From Camelus ferus (lineage: Eukaryota): a DNA stretch of 64,000 bases. The position numbers and the translations under genes are program-made. The notes below the pieces were generated by a model. That model saw only the letters and a program-made list of their open reading frames with translations. It was not told where the DNA came from and did not search any database. This document shows positions 1-8,716 of the stretch, one piece after another. The stretch covers positions 30,630,001 to 30,694,000 of the forward strand of contig NC_045697.1 in NCBI RefSeq assembly GCF_009834535.1. Reading direction: 5' to 3'. Position 1 is the stretch's first letter, and each line of letters begins with the position of its first letter.

Positions 1-560
1 AGAGAAACTTTACACCTTAAAAAAAGAAAAAATGCTTTCCACCTGAATCGGAACATCAGGGAAACCCTTTAGAGCTCGAGGCGACAGTTTTACGGCCGGG
101 AAACCGGAGGAGCGGGCGGAGCTAAGAGTCGCGACACCCCAGAACTCCGGAGAGGAGGTCTAAAGCCGGCCAAGACGGTCCCCGGGAAATAAAGAGGCTG
201 AAGAGATAATTAATGGTCCTGGAGCCCCGGACCCCCTGAGACTGACAACCCAGAGGAAAGGGGAGCCTGCCCTTCCTTAGACCTCCAAGGAATTCAACTT
301 TGGAGGGAAAGTACCAATCTAGAGGATTAGGGTAGGGTATCTGGAGAAAAGATGCTCAGTGGGAAGGAGGGCCGCCTGGCCTGTCAGGAAAATACAGACT
401 CTGCCTTGTGGCTTGACTCCACTCACCCCGGGGGAACCCGGTGCCCTCTGCGGAGTGAGTGTTAAGTACCCAGCCGACTGCGGGGACTCCTTCCAGGCCT
501 CCTTGCTCTGCTCTGCTGCCCAGCCCAGTGGAAGAGGGGGCAGTCTCGGCGGTCACCCAG
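1..560. promoter_or_regulatory. GC/CpG-enriched tail, probably the shore of the SHISA3 CpG island (intron 1)
   Basis: Many CpGs in 70-240 and 430-555 compared with the rest of the window. It lies upstream of the SHISA3 last exon, and exon 1 is outside the window. Confidence 0.45.
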
Positions 561-930
561 GCTGGGATCTGCCCAGTCTCAGGGACTGTGCCGCTCTTGC
601 TGGCCAGCTTGTAGCCCTGGGCCAGTTACTTAATTGCTCCGGGCCTCTTCTTGACTCTAACATGGGCATATTGCTGTCAGAGGGGTTAAGCTGTGGATTA
701 AATGAATGCATGAAGGCTTAGTAAGGTGCTGGCTAAGTAGGCACTTTGGACTTGCTTTCCACAGGGACTACTAAACGTGGCCGAATGGGTGGTCTGCTGA
801 AGAGCTTACCCATAGGAGCCCACAGATCTTGGCGTGGGTAGTTACCTGTCACTCACTGCCTGTGTGTCTTTGGGAAAGTTAACAACCCTCCAATATGTTT
901 CCACATCTGGAAAATGGAGAGTTATCATCC
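560..930. repeat. MIR SINE fragments
   Basis: MIR core-like text (ccctgggccagttacttaa...gggcctc; tgtgtgtctttgggaaagttaacaaccctc...tttccacatctggaaaatggag). Boundaries are approximate. Confidence 0.55.
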
Positions 931-1727
931 AGCTAATACCATCATGCTATCCCACCTCCCCAGGTCTCCATGGACCCCACAATAAATACGGAAGAGCCAG
1001 GCACTTGGTAGGGCCTTAGTAAGTGCAGGTTTCTCCCTTCTACCTCTAAGCTGGAGGTTGCATCCAGTGGTGGCTCTATTTGACAGGAGACACACCTGAA
1101 GGGTTGCCCAGGTGGGGCTTTGGAGTGGGAGATTTTATGTCTGCTCTGAAGAGAGAGAAGGAAACTGAGGTTTACTCTGAGGGATGCTCTCACAGAAAGT
1201 CTGGGCCGCCAACACCAATAGCTGCGTCGTGGTCTGAGGTTCAGCCTGACCTTTCAGAGTTGGTGGGAACCAGAGGCTGAGGTGTGGCAGCTGGAGTGGC
1301 GTCCCAAATCGTTTCTAAAAAGAGGCATCCAGAGATGAGAGGCACTTTGTGATGCAGTAGGAGACACAGTTAATTGGGACACACTACAGAGTTCTTAATA
1401 CTGTTCTTTCTGTAGTCTTGTAAATTCCTGGGGGTCTCATTTAGCAGGCCTGGTTTTGTTGCTTAGATTGGAGATTCTTGGAGAGGAGATGGATTTCCAG
1501 CGTCAGAGCCCTAAGTGGCCCACCTCGTGATAAAACTACTAAAACCCGCATTGAAAGCCAGTGTTACAGTAACCCCCAAACTCATCCTTTCCCTCCCGCC
1601 AGTGCAGGAACAGGAGGGTAGATTCTGTTCCTTCTGACTTGCAGATGTGCAACATGATGGCTAATTGCTAACAGAGTCTACAGTATCAGTTTGCTCCCTC
1701 CCTGCTAGGAGCAAGAATATTCCATCA

Positions 1728-2060
1728 ATATCACTTATATGTGGAGTCTAAAAAAGGACACAAGTGAACTTATTTACAAAATAGAAATGGACTCACAGAC
1801 ATAGAAAACAAACTTACAAAGGGGAATGAGGGGGAGGGATAAATTTGGAGTTTGGGATTCGAAGAAACACAATACTATATATAAAACAGATAAACAAGAC
1901 CTGCTGTACAGCACAGGGGAACTATATTCAATATCTTGTAATAACCTATAATGGAAAAGAAGCTGAAACAGAATAGATATATATGTATAACTGAACCACT
2001 TTGCTGTACATCTGAAACATCATAAATCATTACAATTTAAAAGAAAGTTAAAAAAAAAAA
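1728..2060 (+). mobile_element. 5'-truncated L1 3' end (artiodactyl-type) with poly(A) tail and perfect 15-bp TSD
   Basis: L1 3' UTR text (atatcacttatatgtggagtc...gactcacagacatagaaaacaaac...cagcacaggggaactatattcaatatc) and an A tail. TSD AAGAATATTCCATCA at 1713-1727 and 2061-2075. Confidence 0.9.
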
Positions 2061-2230
2061 AAGAATATTCCATCATCACAGTTTGCACTTCAGAGGTTAC
2101 CAGTAACAAGCTCTGAGAAGCTGGGCTGACAAGCGTGTTAATACCAACCTTCCACCTTCCTCCCTTAAGCACTCCGGACTTTGGGAGACTCTTGTCCAAG
2201 CATCTGTGCATGTCTGTTTTTGCCTTTTAG

Positions 2231-2670
2231 AGCCGGTCTACGTCCCCTTCCTGATTGTCGGCTCCATCTTCATTGCCTTCATCATCCTGGGCTCTTTGGT
2301 GGCTATTTATTGCTGCACCTGCTTGAGACCCAAGGAGCCCTCACAGCAGCCAATCCGCTTCTCGCTCCGCAGCTATCAGACAGAGACCCTGCCCATGATC
2401 TTGACCTCCACGAGCCTCAGGGCACCTTCCAGGCAGTCCAGCACGGCCACCAGCTCCAGCTCCACAGGAGGCTCCATCCGAAGGTTCTCCTTTGCTAGGG
2501 CGGAGCCAGGCTGCCTGGTGCCCTCACCGCCCCCGCCTTACACCACAGGCCACCCCATCCACCTGACCCAGCCATCGGGTTTCCTGGTGTCGCCCCAGTA
2601 CTTCGCTTACCCGCTCCAGCAGGAGCCCCCGCTGACTGGGAAGAGCTGTCCAGACTTCAGTTCCAGTTGA
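2231..2670 (+). CDS. SHISA3: Protein shisa-3, last coding exon (TM helix, YCCTC cysteine cluster, PPPPY motif)
   Basis: Acceptor tgtttttgccttttag ends at 2230. Translation PVYVPFLIVGSIFIAFIILGSLVAIYCCTCLRPKEPSQQPIRFSLRSYQTETLPMIL...PSPPPPYTT...GKSCPDFSSS* matches SHISA3 as I recall it. TGA at 2668-2670; synteny with ATP8A1 agrees. Confidence 0.96.
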
Positions 2671-3700
2671 CAGGCCACCGCTACAGATCTGCCACCTGGT
2701 ACAATGACAGACCAGTGGGGCACTGCTGCCATTGCCACCAGGATTTCTGAGGAAATTTCCCTTGAACCCAGCAACATCCTGGAGGAAAGAACAAGGAAAA
2801 CATAGCACTTCTTGTCTTAAGATTCCTGTGTTCAGTCACAGAATGACTGTGTTAGATAATTGCTTTCTGGCTTTGAAAACAAGATGATTATTACATTTCA
2901 ATTTATGCAACTTTTATTCAGAATATGCAGCAGTCGACTTTAAAGTTACAAATTGGCTGAAGATGTTTTATTGGACAACTCAGCTATACTGCTTAGAAAA
3001 GGTCTACGTGTTTTTTCATTATAAGTTGTTTAGTGAGCGATAATACAAATACATACATAAATAAGCAAAGAAAAATGCCTGATTGTAATGATTGAAGGTT
3101 CACTAAAAAAATTAACTACTAAGTAAACTGTGGGGACAGTGAACAACCAATTTATGATTTGGAAAGCAACCTAACCATGAATAATATTAGCATCATGAGA
3201 ACAATTACTTTTTAAATTAATAACTAAATTTTGTTTAAGATATAAAAGCCTTTTCAGAATACAAGATTTAAATAACCACATGAGGAGTTTAACACAAAAT
3301 ATTTACCCAGATATTCATTATAACAGAGATCTTATGTAAAAGCATTTCTCCCACCCACCCAAGGGAATATTTATTGCCGACTTTTTTGTTCAGCAACATT
3401 TAGTGTTTAAATGAAAGTTGGACAGTCAGGTCTTAAAACATTTACTTGTAAAATGAGTTATGTACAAATGTAAAGAATTGTAATTTAATGTATTTACCAC
3501 ATTGACGGTACTAATTATTTAGTAGTCACACTGTAATTTTTTATGTTAATAATAACTGTGGAATTCAAAGTCCAGCTTTGGCTATAATCATCTAATATTA
3601 TGTAGCTTGAATGCCACTGAATGCCATGTCTGATGACTAAATATTTGGGCACATATTTCCTGCTGGGTTAGAATAAATAAAATACTTTATGTTTTCGTGA
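2671..3700 (+). other. SHISA3: SHISA3 3'UTR
   Basis: AT-rich, repeat-free sequence from the stop codon to overlapping AATAAA signals. The cleavage site is estimated. Confidence 0.7.
3672..3681 (+). terminator. SHISA3 polyadenylation signal (two overlapping AATAAA)
   Basis: AATAAATAAA followed by T/GT-rich sequence (actttatgttttcgtg), about 1 kb after the stop. Confidence 0.75.
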
Positions 3701-4426
3701 AATCTCTTTGAAATTTTAGATCAAAGTGCTTCATTTTATCTCCTTAATGATACCCTTTGCTACTCAGTAAAAGGAAATGTCTTTACTTAACATTTCATAT
3801 TTTGAAATTAAAAAAAAGATCCCACACTGATTTTGAATCACATTAAAAAGTTATTTTCTACACTGGGGCTCATGAAATCAGCTGAGGAAGTGAATTTTTA
3901 TAGAGCTATCAGCCTGTGGGCTGCAGCCCTCAGATGTGTTATTTGCACAGATTTAAATTTGGGACATTTCTCTTAAGAATCGGATTTCTCCTGCCACTGG
4001 GAGGGTGATGGCACCATGGGTCCTGTTCTGCCAGGGGGCAGGAAGTCCTTTTCAGGCAGGACACTTGTTTGCCGGTTCTCAACATCCCCCCCCCCCCCCA
4101 GTCAACCTGGCTTCTCTTCCTCAGCTCTGTTAACCTCCTGGCCCCTGAGGGTGTTGTCAGGAAACCCAGGAGCATTTATATGAATTCATACTCTCCTATG
4201 TCGTCCTCAGTAACTCGTGTCAAATACAGGTACACAGAGGTGGAGTTCTGACCTCAGAGAAGTCATTTGGCCTTGACTCTGTTTTCTAGTTAAGGAAATG
4301 AGTTCAGAGATACTGTGCTTTTGCCCAGTCGGATGGCAGAGGAGCTCTGGCTTCGAGTCTCCTGCTTTCTCTTGTAACTAACATTGGCCTGACTTCCAGG
4401 TATCCCCAATTAGCCAAATAATTAAG

Positions 4427-4491
4427 AAATGAAGGAAGGGAGGGAGGGAAGGAGGGAAAGAGAAGGGAAGGAAAGAGGGAGGGAGGAAGGG
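4427..4491. repeat. GA-rich low-complexity tract
   Basis: gaaggaagggagggagggaaggagggaaagagaagggaagg... Confidence 0.8.
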
Positions 4492-4589
4492 CTGAACACA
4501 AAAGGATAAACACTTGTGAGAAGCTCTGCAATTCACTCCTATGTCATTAGGCTGGCTTTATTCATGCTTGTTATGTACTGCTCCTTTGA

Positions 4590-4737
4590 AGTGTGTTTTT
4601 TAAAAATTTTGGGGGGGAGATAATTAGGTTTGCTTGTTTGTTTATTTCTTTATCAACAGAGGGACTGGGGATTGAACCCAGGACCTTATGCATGCTAATA
4701 CTAAGGGCAGCACTCCATCACTGAGCTATACCATCCC
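4590..4737 (-). mobile_element. tRNA-derived SINE (camelid Vic-1-like)
   Basis: Reverse complement reads GGGATGGTATAGCTCAGTGATGGAG...GGTCCTGGGTTCAATCCCCAGT...AACCTAATTATCTCCCCCC, with A and B boxes. Flanking direct repeat CTCCTTTGA at 4581-4589 and 4738-4746. Confidence 0.85.
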
Positions 4738-4799
4738 CTCCTTTGATCTTTTAAAAGTTAATCTTTACTGGGCTCTTACTACCCAAACTCTAGTCTAAA

Positions 4800-4980
4800 T
4801 ATTTACACGCAGTAACTCATTTCATCCGCAAACAACCGCCATGGGGAGGTGTTATAATTCCTGTTTATAAATTTGGAAACCGAGGCATAGTGGAATGAAG
4901 TTAACTTGCCCAAGGTCCCACAGCTAGTCGATACTGGAGCTGGATGTACAGCCAGATTCAAACAGCAAGGGAACACCTGC
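4800..4980. repeat. MIR SINE
   Basis: ggaaaccgaggcatag...gttaacttgcccaaggtcccacagctagt matches the MIR core. Confidence 0.7.
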
Positions 4981-5487
4981 TTTGAGGTTTTGTTGCCTCT
5001 GTTCACAAGATCCACGGGAGAGTAAGGCGAGAGGCACTGTCCCTTTCTCTAAGGCAGTGATTGTCACCGCTACTGGACCCAGTGAGCTCTCCCTAGAACA
5101 AAGATTTTGTCAATCCCTTTAACTGTCCTAAAATGAAATTCATGGATAAAATCACTCACTACACATATAATTAAAAATATTCAATACAATATCCTAATGG
5201 TAAATGGAAAGGAGAAAGAAAAGGAGAGGAATTTATTTCACAACGTAACAGCTTCGGCAGGACGCAAATGAGAACCTCACGACCCAAGAATCACCAAGAT
5301 GTGATGGCTGCCAATCCAGGCCCACGCATGTTTGCTAGACTGGCATCTCACACACCAGAGCGGCTGTTATGTGATTTCTCTTCAAACCAAGCAAAGTTGG
5401 ATCTTCTTTTGATTTGCACAGTAGTTATATATCTGGAAAATTCAGCATATATTAAGGCAGTGTGGAAAACGCTCTATTGGTAAATTC

Positions 5488-5728
5488 GGGATTAGGTTTC
5501 TCCACAGAAAGAAATGGCAGGACATTCCAAGGTCCTGCCCATGGACGTCAGGTCTTTGGTGGGTGGACTGACCCATGCACTGTAGGATCTCTGTTGTAAC
5601 CAAGTCCCATCCAAAGAAGGTCCGTAGCACACCTGCCCCCACTCCCAAACATTCTGATGCCACAGATGCCCCCACCAATTCCACAATGACCACTAGAGGG
5701 CAGAACTGTCCCCACTGAAAACCTAGTT
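5488..5728. mobile_element. MER20-like hAT DNA transposon fossil
   Basis: tgcactgtaggat...cacctgcccccactcccaaacattctgatgcc...agagggcagaactgtcccc...tgaaaacc resembles MER20/MER20B as I recall it. Boundaries are approximate. Confidence 0.5.
5690..5703 (+). promoter_or_regulatory. CTCF core motif
   Basis: CCACTAGAGGGCAG matches the consensus CCASYAGRKGGCRS at all 14 positions. Confidence 0.6.
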
Positions 5729-6939
5729 TGTCAGGTTTCTCAAGTGACTCTACTTCTACTTCCCACCCTTTGGGGAATAGTTTATATCCATTAGGCAGAA
5801 TAACACTAAGGAATTCAGAAACCTCACATCTGCAACCTTCCCTTTCTTAGCAGGATGCTCCAGTCAATCAGGTTAACTGGTTTTATAAATTGTACGATTT
5901 TGTATAACTGTTTTCTAGTTAAGGAAACAAGTTAAATAGACATTGTGCACCTCATTGTACCATGGCAACCAGTGACACTGAATTGAATCATATGCCCACA
6001 TACTTGTTGACATACAGCACTCATCTTTGAACTTCTCTCTGGGATCTGTGGCGGTAATACTATGATTACTTACAATCCTAGGGTAAGTTGGCCATCCTGT
6101 GGCAGATTTCCAGTAATCATCCCCTCTGACAAGCATTTGCTGGACGCCACCTATGGACAGCTGGGTGTATCAAGATGAGTAAGATGTAGTTCCGATTCAA
6201 GGAGCCACGTCTGCATGGGCTCGGGCATGACAGCAAACGCCTCTGATAAGATGCTCCAGGTACTTTATAAAGAAGCCTGTTATCTTTTCTCCTTTCCAGG
6301 AGCTCACAGTCACGTAGGGGAAGGTGAAGCCCCACATCAACACTTAGAGTTCACGATGGGAGCTGCAGGAAGAATGAGGAGGTGCAGAGGGCCCTGGCAG
6401 TGCATACAAAGGGCGCCTAACTCATCCTGGCACAGGGGAGATTGGACCTGAGCCTTGAGAGGGGAAGGGGCGGGGAGGGAGAGAGGGGTGCTGGAAATGA
6501 GGGGGAGAGCAGATTAGGCAAAGGATTCATACAAATGCAGAGAAACCCCATGAGTGTGAAAGAACAAGGAACACTGCGGAAACTAGACAAAGAATTCAGG
6601 GAAAGAGTGGAGAGAGAAGCAGGGTCAGAGCAGAGACCTGGAATACCACAGTGGCTGCACAAACACCAAATGCAAGGGGGATGAAGGATTTTATAAGGGA
6701 TCGTGACCTAATCTTCATTTTAGAAAGAAGAGACAGCAAGACTCAAATCAAATCTCTTGACATTTCCAAGGGGATACTCACCACAACCTGCGCCAGCACC
6801 AAAACACCCGGGGGGCTTGTCTGACGAATGCATTATTACTTCCACAAAGATTCCAAGTCCCAACACCCTAAAACCACGACTACTTTGGAGAACACAAATT
6901 CCATATTTTGAAAGGTAGTTAAGCAAGTAGTGGGCAACA

Positions 6940-7540
6940 TTTATGAAGCACTGCTGTGTGTTCTGTGGTTTGATCTTCACAGCCCTGAAGTCGGGGTTGT
7001 TACCACGCCTGTTTTGCAGATGAAGAAATCAAAGCAGAAAGGTTGAACATTTTGCTAAAGGCCTACAACAACAGAGCCAGGATTTGAACCCAGGTGGTCT
7101 GCTTTGAAACTCTACATTCTTTACGACATGTATCCAGAAGGCCTAATTTTCTCAGGAAGAAACATCCAACCTACTTTTCAAAAAGTTTGTTTGGGGCAAA
7201 GTGATCGACTGTGTGATACTGTACATCCCCTACAGACGGAGGGCACGGGATCCATCAATAGAGTCGATGCTGTGTTCAGAGGACACAGGGCAACACCGTG
7301 CGGGGAGAAGCTCTAACAGACAAACACTCCTCCTTTACACCTGAGAAACTTGTGAGGCCAGAAGGTGGCTGAGATGGATTTTGGAGTCACAGTGTCTGGG
7401 TTAGTTTTCTGGCTCTGTTACCCATAAGTTGAGTGACTGCAGGCCACTTACTTTACGTCACCATGTCTCAGTTTTCTCATTTGTAAGATGGAGGGTCCGA
7501 TGGCACCTTATTGCTGAGGGTTGTCCTGAGGAATCACTTT
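6940..7540. repeat. MIR fragments (two, opposite orientations)
   Basis: gttttgcagatgaagaaatc...ccaggatttgaacccagg (about 7010-7095) and ctcagttttctcatttgtaagatgg (about 7466-7491). Confidence 0.6.
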
Positions 7541-7720
7541 AGAATCACTGTCTCAAATCACCCACGTTCTAGTTGGGAGGGAGCTGCATAGTGGGTCCAC
7601 GATAAATAACAGAAAGCAGGTGAAATGCCCTAGCATAAAGATGAGTGGCTGCGGACCCGGGAAGGGCAGATGTAACTGCTGACTGCAGCGCAGGGAGCAG
7701 GGGAAATGGCCCCGTGGTTT

Positions 7721-8220
7721 TGTTAGGCAGTTTAGATAGCAATGAGCACTGGGCAGGGGGAGAGGAAGGGGAGAGGAACAACCCAGAAAAAGGCAGTGTG
7801 CCTGCATTCCGGAAAAGGGACTCCAGAAATTTTTACTTTCTCTAAATGAGGGCCAGTAAGAGAAGCCAGTTAAAGTCAAAGCGCTGCAGCTGCGCATGGG
7901 CGGGGCACCTGGCATAACCTGACCCAGTGAACCTGCTCAAAAGGGGGTGGGCGAGCCGGAGCGCAGGGAACCTGAGTTGTCAATCAATCCACCAATCAAT
8001 CACGAAACCAGGAAATAAAAACAGGAAAAACAAAGGAGCGGCGCCATTTTTCCTCTCTTGGGTTGGCGTGTCCCCAGTTCTTGGGAGTGTACTGTGTTTT
8101 ACTATTTTTTACTTCACTAAGAAAAATCTTGCTTACATCACGCTTTTTGTCTCTTGTCAAAAAAATTTTTTTTGCTTGACTAAGAACGAGGTGATTCTTA
8201 TTTTCCTTTTCCCGGTAACA
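7721..8220 (+). repeat. 5' LTR (500 bp)
   Basis: TGTTAGG...GGTAACA termini; direct repeat of 12703-13191; followed by the PBS. Confidence 0.95.
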
Positions 8221-8227
8221 CTAATTT

Positions 8228-8246
8228 TGGTGCCCATGACTCGGAT
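8228..8246 (+). other. Primer-binding site, tRNA-His type
   Basis: TGGTGCCCATGACTCGGAT versus the His PBS TGGTGCCGTGACTCGGAT: one extra base and one G>A. Confidence 0.8.
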
Positions 8247-8478
8247 CACGTGCTTAAACTTAATCTTTCCCCCTTCATTGCCCTCTCCCTCCCCAACGCC
8301 CGCGGAGCACAAGCTCCTGGGGCCGGCTGTGGGCAGGCGCTTCCATCTGGACCCTCTAACCCTGACTCACTCCTCTGTGTTTGCTCCCCCTTTCTCCGGC
8401 TATTCCAGGTGAGCAGCTCTCCTGCTCCTGGGTCACCCACCACCCACGGGGTTAAAACTGGCTATTACCTTGGACTGC

Positions 8479-8678
8479 GGGGACACCCAGCACACGGTAA
8501 GACTGTGGCCATTTCCCCCTTTCTGGAGCGGAGGCTGAGACATCAGCTTCCATCCCCGAATCAGGACCCTAGGACGCTAGGCATTGCTAATCCATGGCTA
8601 CCCTCTAGGGTGCATTTGGCTGGGGACAGAGGCTGAGACTCAGCCTAGTCCATGGGCTCTTCACCTTAGGACTCTAGG
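8479..8678 (+). other. Putative packaging signal (psi): array of GAC(G/A/T)-loop hairpins
   Basis: GGG-GACA-CCC, GGAGGCTGA-GACA-TCAGCTTCC, CCTAG-GACG-CTAGG, AGGCTGA-GAC-TCAGCCT and CTTAG-GACT-CTAGG lie between the PBS and gag. Confidence 0.7.
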
Positions 8679-8716
8679 CTCTGATAACCCCTCCGTATCC
8701 CACCCTTGTTTTTCAG

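Noticed and set aside
2206..2230. N-terminal extension MHVCFCLLE of the 154-aa ORF
   Set aside because: It is the intronic pyrimidine tract. The exon starts at 2231 and the SHISA3 N-terminus is upstream of the window.
2228..2232. Tandem acceptor TAG/AG at the SHISA3 exon
   Set aside because: The second AG would shift the frame by 2 and is simply the end of a split codon. There is no evidence it is used.
2688..2701. Partial CTCF-like motifs (2688-2701, about 6143-6157, about 45391-45404)
   Set aside because: Each has two or more mismatches to the core, which is too common by chance.
7927..8412. Twin ORFs MNLLKRGWASR... (7927-8412 and 12896-13153)
   Set aside because: They start at GTG, lie in the LTRs, and are similar only because the LTRs are repeats. 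They diverge by frameshift after the identical block.
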